This document shows positions 26,201 through 36,368 of a stretch of 64,000 bases of DNA, piece after piece. The first letter of the stretch is position 1. Each line of letters starts with the position of its first letter. A program made the position numbers and the translations under genes. Below the pieces are notes generated by a model, which saw only the letters and a program-made list of their open reading frames with translations, did not search any database and was not told the origin of the DNA. Origin of the DNA: Mytilus trossulus. Its lineage: Eukaryota. The DNA is taken from NCBI RefSeq assembly GCF_036588685.1, contig NC_086383.1, positions 12,276,001-12,340,000 of the forward strand, read 5' to 3'.

Positions 26201-27161
26201 TGATGACTACTGGGCTGGTGAAAACCAGCTATTGAATGCTATGAATTTAACACAGTTTTTCATCATTACGTTGAATGTTTATCGTGGTTTACATTTTTAC
26301 TCTCCAGTCTTCTTGTCAATGGCGTAGCAGTATGCTTGCAGAAGTAACAACACGAAGTAAGATGACGTTTCTAAGGACAAACGCACAAGTAAATGGGGAA
26401 AGTATGTACCTGCCATTGGAAAATTGCAGTTGTTAAATATTTATTTCTTACAAAATTACACCCGTGAGGTGTATCTATATTAAAATAATATAAGTGCGTA
26501 AAATTGGTCAATACTTAACGTGTCTAACATGTTTCGAACACCTTATGCACATGATGATTCCAAATGACAATCAAATTTTAAGAAGCTAAGAATATTTATT
26601 CATATATTAATGAATCAAATGAACTGATTAATAAATGTATTAAACCTCATTTATTTTAATGTACAGTTAATGGTTCAAACTTTGAAAATCTCTTTTATAG
26701 CTTCATTTTCCTTCTGATCTCCAAGCTTGTTTACTGGCATACATAAGTGTGTCAACTACGCTTTATAAATGTATCCCTTATATATTGCCATAATCTTTTG
26801 TGTTAAAAGCAGTTATCTCAAATTCTTTTAATTTATATAACTTTTAATAAATAGTAGTATTGTTTTTATGAAAAGTGCAGTCTTGAGTAACACGTCGTTT
26901 ATTCATTCTAAAACAAATGCTCTTTCAGCTTTTTGGCTTGGTGGATCAGATGAGGCTCATGAAGGTGTGTGGGTATGGACAACTAGTGGACAGAGGTTTA
27001 CAGGAACGGATTGGCATATACGTACTAAACACGAACCAAATAATCAGGATGGAAACCAACATTGTCTCAACATTCATAAAAGATTGGACTTTGAATGGAA
27101 TGATGAAAATTGTGGGATTGATTATCGCTTCATATGCGAAAAACCGTTAGTATATTCTTGA
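5046..27161 (+). CDS. Paralogue A: type II membrane protein, short tail-TM-5xEGF-C-type lectin (predicted 392 aa)
   Basis: Join 5046-5271, 19763-19870, 21388-21495, 21907-22014, 22981-23088, 23877-23981, 24592-24680, 26308-26401, 26929-27161. All introns are GT-AG, phases are compatible, and the 1179 nt run open to a stop. The start codon is uncertain and the copy may be a pseudogene. Confidence 0.7.
6640..6850 (+). repeat. Interspersed repeat (retroelement 3' tail-like); further copies at 10640-10735 + 18278-18378 (+), 36960-37215 (-), and a variant at 46380-46580 (-)
   Basis: Shared core GCGGTATGGGCTTTGCTCATTGTT.AAGGCCGTACGGTGACCTATAGTTGTTAAT...GGCAATCATACCACATCTTC. Confidence 0.8.
7022..7446 (-). 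mobile_element. 3' fragment of a Penelope-like retroelement (end of RT plus tail)
   Basis: Encodes FQMVKLKSSLRKFYGRHHELVDRY; homologous to 18508-19010 and 37245-37640. Confidence 0.6.
8436..8912. repeat. 32-bp minisatellite, ~15 copies
   Basis: CAAGGTATATACGTGTAGTATACAATAGT(T/A)AA recurs at 8436, 8468, 8500, 8532 etc. Confidence 0.97.
9012..9055 (-). ncRNA. Intact minimal type I hammerhead ribozyme within a retrozyme-like repeat (~8985-9190)
   Basis: Reverse complement GCGTCA CTGATGA GTCT-TTTGT-AGAC GAAA C-GCGC-G TC^TGGCGT has the full core, stem I GCGUCA/UGGCGU, stem II GUCU/AGAC, a 2-bp stem III with a palindromic loop, and a GUC cleavage triplet. Confidence 0.9.
9978..10085 (+). pseudogene. 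Paralogue A EGF exon with a mutated acceptor (probably skipped)
   Basis: ETPCSREPCLYNGTCTELGNLPTCACSDGYNGSRCE is open and the donor is intact. The acceptor reads TTTTAA where paralogue B has TTTTAG (42717). Confidence 0.8.
11672..11846. mobile_element. MITE nested in the CACTA element
   Basis: TIRs ATACACCTTTTCGCTATT / AATAGCGATAAGGTGTAT. Confidence 0.6.
12403..13348. repeat. ~259-bp tandem repeat, ~3.6 copies, inside the CACTA element
   Basis: GGTCAGTTTT anchors at 12432, 12691, 12951 and 13208, with colinear flanks. Confidence 0.92.
13826..13985. repeat. ~39-bp short tandem repeat rich in GTTAAC palindromes
   Basis: AAGTTAACTTATGTTAACTTTGTGGCAGGACTGGTTTCG occurs about 3 times plus partial copies. 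Confidence 0.8.
16278..16500 (+). mobile_element. Helentron/HINE-like non-autonomous element, 5' fragment
   Basis: TT-AAGCTCACCTG start, a (GTCC/GTCGTCT)n microsatellite, then a core repeat containing AAGATGGCCGCC. This layout is typical of HINE/DINE-like elements. Confidence 0.55.
18508..19010 (+). mobile_element. Penelope-like retroelement RT C-terminal fragment plus tail
   Basis: NFPFLCSNIPAAPAHGVYIFKLIRH...YHDFLDRGLLLTRKLLNKEFQMVKL, then a stop; resembles the PLE RT thumb region. Confidence 0.65.
19763..19870 (+). CDS. Paralogue A EGF exon
   Basis: AG|..|GT, 108 nt, phase 1-1; VTPCHSSPCSNGGECTPSGSSFECSCPTGYFGSQCQ (6 Cys). Confidence 0.9.
20733..20775 (+). ncRNA. Degenerate hammerhead motif in a retrozyme-like repeat
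   Basis: CGTCACTGGTGAGTCTCGTGTGGACTAGACGCGTTTTTGGCGT; core mutated. Confidence 0.5.
21388..21495 (+). CDS. Paralogue A EGF exon
   Basis: 108 nt; GTQCHSSPCLNRGTCKTTGSSNVCSCTTGYSGKQCQ. Confidence 0.9.
21907..22014 (+). CDS. Paralogue A EGF exon
   Basis: 108 nt; IIPCNSSPCANGSTCTPTGSTFVCSCQPGYFGNKCQ. Confidence 0.9.
22981..23088 (+). CDS. Paralogue A EGF exon
   Basis: 108 nt; GTPCHSSPCSNRGACNPSGSSFVCSCPTGYSGKQCQ. Confidence 0.9.
23612..23678 (+). pseudogene. Truncated EGF pseudo-exon
   Basis: TPCHCSPCSNDMKCTPTGRSLV, after which homology ends. There is no donor and a stop follows at ~23704. Confidence 0.8.
23877..23981 (+). CDS. Paralogue A last EGF exon
   Basis: 105 nt; TPCHGQCLNGGRCTTTNNGFVCSCQTGFSGYRCQ; donor A|GTATGT. 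Confidence 0.9.
24592..24680 (+). CDS. Paralogue A C-type lectin exon 1
   Basis: RPSCPSGWKMNEKTCYYFSSESTDWYSAK, the long-form CTLD start (CPxGW...CYYF). Confidence 0.92.
25951..25994 (-). ncRNA. Hammerhead motif with G12>A, in a retrozyme-like repeat (~25918-26222)
   Basis: Reverse complement GCGTCACTGATGAGTCTTAAGTAGACAAAACGCGCGTCTGGCAT. Confidence 0.75.
26308..26401 (+). CDS. Paralogue A C-type lectin exon 2
   Basis: CAG|SSCQWRSSMLAEVTTRSKMTFLRTNAQVNGE|GTATGT; 94 nt. Confidence 0.9.
26929..27161 (+). CDS. Paralogue A C-type lectin exon 3 (terminal)
   Basis: FWLGGSD..EGVWVW...EPNN...HCL...WNDENC....FICEK; WIGL-like, EPN and WND motifs present. Confidence 0.95.
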
Positions 27162-29149
27162 TGGTCATTATTTTCTTCATAAGAAAATAGCGGTACCTTA
27201 CAGTTGATCTTCATTCATTAAATGAGATTGAGCTTTTAATTTTATAATTTGCTTAGAGACTTTCCGTTTCCTCGGACTACTGTAGTTTTCCTATTTTACT
27301 TTTTAGATTTCCCTTGAATTGATAGTTGTAGGAAATTTAAATATTGGTTGTTTTAAGACACCATTTTTTATGCGTTGTTTTGAAAGAATATTTTGGAAAT
27401 CTGAGTTAACATGGTTTCTTAAGATTGTACACAGAAAAAAATGGTTGAAATTTGATTGGTTCATATCCCAGTGATAGTTTTTATCTTATGAGCAATGAAA
27501 TAGGAAATTCTGTCTGTAGTATTGGATAGAATAAAACACTACACATGTCAAGTATTTCTTTTATTGAAACAAAGATAAATTCTGCAATTTTTTTTTAAAA
27601 TTGCAAGTTTAACAAGGCTTTATGATAATATTACTCAATAAAAAGCTAGTAATTAAACAAAGCTTGATATTTTAATGCAAATATTCAAAGTAGACTTCAA
27701 AAATGTTTCAATTATTTGAATGCACAAACAATTCACAATCAATATACACCTATTTCAGTGGGTTTTTTTTAAATTTCAGATTGATTTGAATTATGAAGCA
27801 ACACAAGAAGAGAAAACGAGTTAAATTTGATATAACAGTTCCACTTGCAGTTTAGTCAATTTGTGGTAATATTCTTTCGGCGTGGCTCGGTATATAACCA
27901 TCTCGCCATAGTGTTATTATGCTTTTACATTGGTAATTTTTCGTATGCTTGTTTTTCATTTTTGCATATTTGCTGTGTTTACAGACTAACCATGCCATAT
28001 TGTTTTTTCATTGTTGCTTGTGTATTTGCTAAGAAAGTAAAATGCTGTACTCCACTGTTTTTCATTTTTACATATTATGTACATTGTATGTTTGTTTTGC
28101 TCGTACATTGTTGCCAAAATAATGCTATTTTAAAAGTAAAAGTTTTAGCTAGCCATAAACCAGGTTTCATTCACAATTTTCGACACAAGGAAATCCTTGA
28201 ATCAAGTCACAAATATGACATTCTTTCCATTCGTCTAATGTGATTAAGCATTTGAGTTTAGGGACTTTCCGTTTTGAATATTTGGTTACTGTGAATACTA
28301 GACGGAAGGGATATTTGTAACTTTCTGTGTGCTTTGATATCTTTCAAGTTTATCAAAACGATACACATTTTTATAAAATTAGTTCGACCACTCTGATTCA
28401 AATTTTTACTTCTAGACAAAAAAGAAACTAATAAGACCTACGTTGGCATTTACACGATCATTATGTATGCAGATTTCTTTTAAATTATTTAGAGACAGTT
28501 AAAAAGGACAGTCTAACCTGATTATCTTTGTTAATGTCTTCAAAAACTTGTATTATCCTTCTGAAAAACCTTAGATAAATATGGACTTATTGATATGCTA
28601 AGACATTTTAAAATTTTCTATGAAGAGTTGATGTTTTACCTTATTATCTTTCCTTCTTTTCTTTTTGACGTAATGTGGTATTTTTCCATTCGAAATTTGT
28701 GTTTAAAATGTCGTCATAGTATCTTTTCCGACTTTCTTTAAAGCACTGTTATATGAATTTGGATTGCTGTACCTACATTTTGCCATTTTTTACTTATTAA
28801 GTCTTTGTTTTTCTCACATTTTTGTTGTCAATATAATAAAACCATATGACTGTCGCACACTAAGGGTTTAAGCTATCTATATCACCAGGTTTAAATCGCC
28901 ATTTTGTACATAAAGAAAGGCCTGTAGGTTTTTAACTGTTTTCTATTGGGGGTTTGAGTGTCTTTTACGATCAGTTTTATTACTTCTGTGCTTTACTGTT
29001 AACACAACTTTGAATTTTTGAAATACTTAGGCTTTCTACCTCAGGAATAGATTACATTAGCTGTAATTGGCAAAACGTTTAGGAATTTTGGTCCTCAATG
29101 CTCTTTAACTTCGTCCTTTATTTGGTCTTTTTAACATTTTTTTATTCGA

Positions 29150-29193
29150 GCGTCACTGATGAGTCTTTTGTAGACAAAACGCTCGTCTGGCGT
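29150..29193 (+). ncRNA. Hammerhead motif with G12>A, in a retrozyme-like repeat (~29010-29230)
   Basis: GCGTCACTGATGAGTCTTTTGTAGACAAAACGCTCGTCTGGCGT. Confidence 0.75.
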
Positions 29194-29569
29194 AAATATG
29201 AAATTTTAATCCTGGTATCTATGATGAGTTTATTAATACGCTGATAAGCCTGGTATATTTAATGAGTCTTACTATGTTATAAGAACCAATTCATATATGT
29301 TTCATTTCAACAAAAAATGATGTAAAAACTTTGTTAATTAAAAGACATTTACATATCATTAAACTGTTTGCTATGTTCCTTAATGTCTAGTTTATAGCGT
29401 TACGTGGTAGAGTAAAGTCAATCAACATGATCCGAACTATTCATAGGTTGACTGGTTGTAATTAAAAAAATACATGTGACTTAGTTGGAATTTATCGGTT
29501 GTCCCACTGTCTATATCATTATGCTGAGCTCTTAATAAAATTCCATATCACGGACAATACGTTGACCCG

Positions 29570-31020
29570 GTCTTATAACTTTCACCTAGATATATCAGCA
29601 AGCTATAAAGGACCCTAAAAATAACTAGTGTCAAACCATTCAAACGGGAAAAGCAACAGTCTAATCTATATGAAATAACGAGAAACGTGAAACACGTATT
29701 AACTACACACAGGCACGACAACTACTGTACATCAGATTCATAAGAACAGGTGCACATATTTGCAGCAGGATTAAACGTTTTAATGATACCAAACCTTCTA
29801 CCTTTTCTGAAACAGTAGTATAACATTACAAAATAGAAAGACACCCCTATACAATATCAATTGGAAGGCTTAAATCAATCAAATACACGCAAATTAACAC
29901 ACAATGATCGAATAGATTTCATCTGTGGTACCTGAATGTGAATGCATAGTTAAAAACAATTATACGGGATGAATAATTAAGATCAGAAGTAAATAAACAG
30001 GTTGAATCACAGTTAAAGTATGATACCACTGTGAACTTGTTTTTTTTTTAGAAAATCATCATTTTTTAAAAAGCCTGCGTCATAAAATACACAGGTAAAT
30101 GAAAATAGATTTGTTGTTAGGTGTACTTCTTTTTCTGTGTGTATAAAATCTAGCGCATAGGAATACCAATACATTTCTTAATTATCATTAAAACTAATCT
30201 TACCTTTGGTACATATGGGGTGAATATCATCAATGAAGCTATAAAGTTAGTGCTAAATAAAAATAACTGTACAGTTGCAAGAACAGTTTTAATGAGAAAT
30301 GAAATAATTTTGATGTTCATAGTACGAAGAAGTGAAAATTTGTAGTAATTCTAAATAATCACAGCGTTTATACAGACAAGATCTATTTAAACAATAAATA
30401 ACAGGAAAAAAAACCATTACAAATAGTTTCAACAGGTCATTTTCATGATATTAATAAGAAAGGACAAGTTGAGAGTACTCACAATTGTTGACAGCTAGCT
30501 CAAAAATCCAAAACAATTATTAATAAAAAAAAAATCATGCATCAGAGACTAAAATCAACTAAAACACATCCCAGGGATTTAGTGTGTTAACGTCATAAAC
30601 AGTCAAAGAAGACATGACTTGTGCAATGCCAAAAATGAATGTATCAACAAGTAGTAGGATAATTAGGAGTGACTTCTTAATAGATAAAAATGAACGTGTG
30701 TGTGTGTCTCTATACATCCCGTTTGAAAAGAAATACACATTCTAATGACAAAATGTGCCAATGTAAACTATATTCAGAGATCTAATTTCAACATTGGTAC
30801 GATAACCCTTACTAATAAGTTGGTTTAAAGGTTTACACAGATCACATAGTGATTTTCGCGCTTTAAGCACAATATAACCGTAAAAATTAGGAAGTGATAT
30901 ACCATTTTGAATACAGGCAAATTTACTAATCAAATATGTGTGTCTATGAAAGAATTTAGTAAACGTTTTAAGTAATTTATGGTAACGAAATCCCTGAAAC
31001 AACTTGGTAATTTCTTAGTG
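29570..31020 (-). mobile_element. Degraded 3' part of a Penelope-like retroelement
   Basis: ORF 30742-31002 (QGFRYHKLLKTFTKFFHRH...NFYG.IV.KARK) resembles the same RT C-terminal region. The downstream sequence 30460-30660 matches 10190-10370 in reverse. Confidence 0.55.
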
Positions 31021-31080
31021 TCTGTATGAGAAAATGTTGTATTACATATCAATTGTTTATTTTTGGAAATAGTAAAATTT

Positions 31081-31465
31081 GAGATTGGATGTGACCAAAA
31101 AGTGTATATGATTACCAAATCATGTTCAAACCTTGATGAACAAAACTTGTTCATCTTGATGGAAATTCTTTCTCACCAAAACCAATTTTCGATGAAAACC
31201 AAACGTATGAACCTGTAGTGCCAGACGACATTGTAATATCGGAGAGCAATAAGTATACCTTAAAAAACGATGAAAATGTTAACAACATTAATACACACGC
31301 AAACAGTAGAAATAGAGAACATTGCGATTGAACAAAGGAGCACAATAAACTTCTAAAAGATTTACTTTTTGGGATAAAAACACTGCAAATGTTAAACAAA
31401 ATAATTATCATATCGAAATACAAACCTGGATGTCTTGTAAATCCGACATAAATAAGAGTATTGAC
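31081..31465 (+). pseudogene. Orphan third copy of the receptor cytoplasmic-tail exon, truncated before the TM
   Basis: Aligns with 4703-5063 and 35838-36196 (KNQTYEPVVPDDIVI..., AAGGAGCACAAT, AGAGTATTGAC); contains stops and indels. Confidence 0.8.
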
Positions 31466-31471
31466 AGAGTT

Positions 31472-31730
31472 AACAAAACGCGGGTTTTATGAGTTTTGCC
31501 CAGCCTAGTGGAAAGTACTTGGAAAACGCGGGTTTTATGAGTTTTGCCCAGCCTAGTGGAAAGTACGTGGACAACGCGGATTTTATGAGTATTGCCCAGC
31601 CTAGTGGAAAGTACTTGGACAACGCGGATTTTATGAGTATTGCCCAGCCTAGTGGAAAGTACTTGGAAAACGCGGGTTTTATGAGTATTACCCAGCCTAG
31701 TGGAAAGTACTTGGACAACGCGGGTTTCAC
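31472..31730. repeat. 48-bp minisatellite, ~5.3 copies
   Basis: AACGCGG(G/A)TTTTATGAGT(T/A)TTGCCCAGCCTAGTGGAAAGTACTTGGA(C/A). Confidence 0.95.
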
Positions 31731-32091
31731 TAGGTTTTATTGGGTGATACTGTGTATTACTGGATATTGTAAAGTACCGACCATAATTTGAAAGAAAATT
31801 GAGTGATCAAACACAAATACCATGCATTTCAGATACATTGTATTTATAAACATAATTTGATCCTTTAAATACGTTAAATTGTTCAAGAGTCGTATTATGC
31901 AAGTGTATAAATTTGAGAAAGTATTATGCTAGCATATCTGAGACAAGTTTGCATGAGGACACAATTGACAAATATTGATGTTAAAAGCCTTTCTCTATAA
32001 TTATCATAACAATCACTCTGTCTAGATGGGTCAAACTGTTAACATTAATCCCACAATTGTTTTTTAAATGCACATAACGTCTATCAATAAT

Positions 32092-32695
32092 TATAGGTTT
32101 CATAACGAGTTTGAATTAGATATCGCTTGATATCAACTCGAGTTATTTAATTTCAATATAATAATAAACGAGCCTGTGGCGAGTTTGTTATTACTATTTA
32201 AATTAAATAAAGAGAGTTGATATCAAACGATATCTAATTCTCACGAGTTGTGAAACCTATTTCTCTTATGGTAAACATGCTTTTTTGTGCTTAATAAAAA
32301 AAATCCGCGAAACGTCGACCCAGTCGCTTGAACATAACTGCATTGTGACGTCATATGTCCTGTTCGTCGTCAATCTTCAACATAAGACTTTTTTAAACAT
32401 TTTGTACGCTTCAGAATGTAATAATATTTGAATAAGAATATATAATAAGGTGAAAAGTTTGCGTATTTTCTATATTATTGAAGAAATCGCTTATCTCCGT
32501 TGCAATGGAGGAAATGTACATCATTGTGACCTTTAACTGTCAACAATGACCTAAAGAATAGCCAATGAAAATGCCGCAATATCGTTTCAGGAGGTTTCGT
32601 TGGCCAATCAAATTAACGCATTTTTCGTATCACTTTTTCGTATCACACTCCGGACAGTGTGATACGAGAATTATCTATTCATGCGAGAAATAGAT
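32092..32695. mobile_element. Non-autonomous element with a long 5' palindrome (possibly Crypton-like)
   Basis: ~75-bp arms ATAGGTTTCA..GAATTAGATATCG.TTGATATCAACTC / GAGTTGATATCAA.CGATATCTAATTC..TGAAACCTAT (32092-32260), an internal TGACGTCA and a 3' hairpin CGTATCACACT..AGTGTGATACG. Confidence 0.5.
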
Positions 32696-32696
32696 A

Positions 32697-33738
32697 TACT
32701 GTTAGTCTTGTATGTATTGTTAGTCATGTATGTATTGTTAGTCTTGTATTTATTGTTAGTCTTGTATTTATTGTTAGTCTTGTATGCATTGTTAGTCATG
32801 TATGTACTGTTAGTCTTGTATGTACTGTAAGTCTTGTATGTACTGTTAGTCTTGTATGTATTGTTAGTCTTGTATGTATTGTTAGTCTTGTATGCATTGT
32901 TAATCTTGTATTTATTGTTAGTCATGTATGTATTGTTAGTCTTGTATGTATTGTTAGTCTTGTATGTATTGTTAGTCTTGTATGCATTGTTAGTTTTGTA
33001 TGTATTGTTAGTCATGTATGTATTGTTAGTCTTGTATTTATTGTTAGTCTTGTATTTATTGTTAGTCTTGTATGTATTGTTAGTCATGTATGTATTGTTA
33101 GTCTTGTATTTATTGTTAGTCTTGTATGTATTGTTAGTCTTGTATGTATTGTTAGTCATGTATGTATTGTTAGTCTTGTATGTACTGTTAGTCTTGTATG
33201 TATTGTTAGTCTTGTATGTATTGTTAGTCTTGTATGCATTGTTAATTTGTATTTATTGTTAGTCATGTATGTATTGTTAGTCTTGTATGTATTGTTAGTC
33301 TTGTATGCATTGTTAGTCTTGTATGTATTGTTAGTCATGTATGTATTGTTAGTCTTGTATTTATTGTTAATCTTGTATGCATTGTTAGTCTTGTATGTAT
33401 TGTTAATCTTGTATGTATTGTTAGTCTTGTATTTATTGTTAGTCATGTATGTATTGTTAGTCTTGTATTTATTGTTAGTCTTGTATGTATTGTTAGTCTT
33501 GTATGTACTGTTAGTCTTGTATGTATTGTTAGTCTTGTATTTATTGTTAGTCTTGTATGCATTGTTAGTCTTGTATGTATTGTTAGTCTTGTATGTATTG
33601 TTAGTCTTGTATGTATTGTTAGTCTTGTATGTATTATTAGTCATGTATGTATTGTTAGTCTTGTATTTATTGTTAGTCTTGTATGTATTGTTAGTCTTGT
33701 ATGTATTGTTAGTCTTGTATGTATTGTTAGTCTTGTAT
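32697..33738. repeat. 18-bp minisatellite, ~58 copies
   Basis: TGTTAGTCTTGTATGTAT and variants. Confidence 0.98.
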
Positions 33739-33939
33739 TCTTTTAATTTTAGTTTCTTGTGTATATTTTGGAAATTAGTATGGCATCCATTATCACTGAA
33801 CTATTATATATTTGTTTAAAGGCAAGCTGAAGGACGCCTTCGGGTGCGGGAATTTCTCGCTACATTGAAGACCTGTCGGTGACTTTCTACTGTTGTTTTT
33901 TTATTTGGTCGGGTTGTTGTCTCTGAATTTACTGAATTT

Positions 33940-34340
33940 AAGGGAAACGCAAGAGGAGAACAACGACACAACATTAAAATGTAACACAAACAGAAACGGA
34001 CTAAACATTAGAAAAAATCCAATAAGAATAACAAATATTACATCTAAACCGAATTTATGAATTTGGGATATATAAGTACCATGACACGTCTTATGGTAAT
34101 GTGAATTCACACTAAAAAATAAGAGAAAACAAACGACACAACGGAAACACAAAGTTAAAATCTAACACACACAGAAACGAACTATAATATAATAATGGGC
34201 ATATTCCTGATTTAGTACAGGACATTTTAAAGGAAAAAATGGTGGATTGAACCGGTTTTTTGGCATGCCAAACCTTCCTCTTTTATTGCCATGTAAAATA
34301 TGACATTAAAATGACAACACAACATTACAGGACAACACCT
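33940..34340 (-). repeat. Interspersed repeat homologous to ~20860-21210 (+)
   Basis: Shared GGCATGCC..AAAACCAGGTTCAA..CCACC and AAGACGTG.CA.GGTACTT blocks in opposite orientation. Confidence 0.7.
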
Positions 34341-35860
34341 TTACCAAAATTTGTATGGCTCGTTTGATTTTTATAAACTTTGGCAAAGTATTTACTTTGA
34401 GCCCGCAGCACAAATATAAATATTTCCAAAAAAAATATTAAACCAACCATTTGATCACAATTTAAATGATTTAACAACGTCATCTCCCTGTGGTTTTAGA
34501 TACCGACTTAATACTGCTGAGCGTCTAAATGAAAATTGATAAAAGATTTGATGTCAAAATGAAGTTTTGATCATGCTTTTTTCAAAATATACTAAAAGTT
34601 GGGGCTTTTTTCACGCTACAGGTTGTGCGAAATTGTTAGATTTTGTTTATAAGATTATGCATGGAAAATTTAAATTTGTGTGATAAAAAGAAAACGTATT
34701 ATCAGAACTTTCAGATAAAATGTGAGAAGATTGATCTTATAGAATGGTTTTAGAGAAAAAATAGAAAAAAATGGGGTCACCGAACTTGTTTTCATATCAA
34801 AATAGGTGAATTCATATCACTTTTTATTATAAAAATTACTATATCTTAGTAATATCCACTTATTTGGATAAGTTAAAAAAAATCGATCAAACACAAACAA
34901 GGTGTTTTTGAGAAATTACAGTCGTGATTATGATAAAACCACAATTTTCTATATTTATATCAAAAGTATTTTACAAAATTAAATACAACTCTTAAAACTT
35001 GCACATTTCACTAAATGTCTAGACCAAAGTTATCTGCTACTTCCAAATCCAAGATGGAGGAAGACACACCAGTCACCTTAATCGTGATTTAAAATGAGCA
35101 ATTTTTGAGGTTTTGTTATAAATATTCGTCGGATTGTTGTCTCTTTGACACATTCCCAATTTTCATTTTTAATTTTATAGATACGTAAATAATTGTATCG
35201 ATAATAATATGATTTTGATAATCTTAATTAAATATATGAAATGTCAATGAATATTTATAATGGAACCCACCATCTTACTATCTATTTGTATGCCGGTAAA
35301 AGGACTTCATTGAAGATCAACTACTTGTAGTCAAAGTATGATTTGAGTGACATGTAAACAATAATATTTTACAATAGGAACGTATTATAGTTTAGTTAGT
35401 TTAAACATATTTGTTTATAGTGGATTGGGAAACAAGTTTTACAACTTATATTAATCCCTTTCCTCTATAGTACAGTTGAGGGTTTGAGTACACTTCCACC
35501 TCACTGAGTTTAGATCAATGTGAAAACGGCTTTATCTGACGTTAGTGTTTTGCTATTTTATGGTTAATATTAGTGTAAAATACTTAATACATGAGCGTGT
35601 AAAAGAATTGTACATAACTGCGTCTAAGGGATACACGTGTGCTATTGTTACACTCTAGATTTTCATTATGTAACAATTAGGAAATGTTATTGTTATATTT
35701 TTATTAAATACAGTAACTCCTGTAAATACCCCATTTAAGACAAAGCGACTTAACTGCACGTTATGTCATGAGTGTCAGTTTGAATACTGGTTTTTATGTA
35801 TCAAATGTTATTTGATAAAAAAAAATATTTCATGAAATTGGAAGAGAATAAAACGTGTAT

Positions 35861-36368
35861 ATGATGGCCAAATCATGTTCTGACTTTGATGACAATATTC
35901 GTTCACGACAACACACTTTTAAGAAGAACAAAACGTATGACACTTTATTGCTAGAGGACTTGACAATATCGAGGAGCAGTTATGATACCTTGCAAAACGA
36001 TCAACAATCCGAAAACATTATTAAAAACACGAGCAGTAGAGCAATTGAAAAAAGAGATAGTACAAAGGAGCACGATCAAACTTCTGAAAGATTTACTATT
36101 TTTGATAATAACACAGCAGAGGTTAAACAAGATGTATATCATAGCGAAATGCAAACCCGAACTTCTTGTAACTCTCACACATACGAGAGTATAGATGATC
36201 AAGCAGTGCATCCTACTAATTGCGCTTTACCACATTTGAACGACATTTGTAAAAACCAAATAACTGTCAAAAGTCGACGAGGAAATCATTTGGCTTGTTT
36301 CATCTTTGGATTTCTTTTGGTTTGTTTCATAGCTCGAACAACTATGTTTGTGTTGCTGAAAAACAATG
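35861..36368 (+). CDS. Paralogue B first coding exon: ~143-aa cytoplasmic tail plus TM
   Basis: Open frame containing YDTL-x11-YDTL, HTYESI and KSRRGNH-LACFIFGFLLVCFIARTTMFVLL-KNN. Donor G|GTATTT is the same as in paralogue A. Confidence 0.85.

Noticed and set aside
26868-26928. ATG-initiated standalone 97-aa lectin ORF
   Set aside because: The 5' part is intron. A CAG acceptor at 26928 joins in phase to the upstream CTLD exons, as in paralogue B.
5046-27161. Naming the gene as a selectin, Notch/fibropellin or perlucin orthologue
   Set aside because: Domain order and topology (tail-TM-EGFn-CTLD) match none of them, so no gene symbol is assigned.
27845-28243. 132-aa Cys/Phe-rich ORF
   Set aside because: Non-ATG start, T-rich degraded repeat sequence and no domain.
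31470-31791. 16-aa-repeat ORFs on both strands, and a CRISPR-like appearance
   Set aside because: A head-to-tail 48-bp repeat with no unique spacers, no cas genes and a eukaryotic context.
32659-33819. 386-aa and overlapping hydrophobic or repetitive ORFs
   Set aside because: They are translations of the 18-bp minisatellite, open in several frames on both strands.
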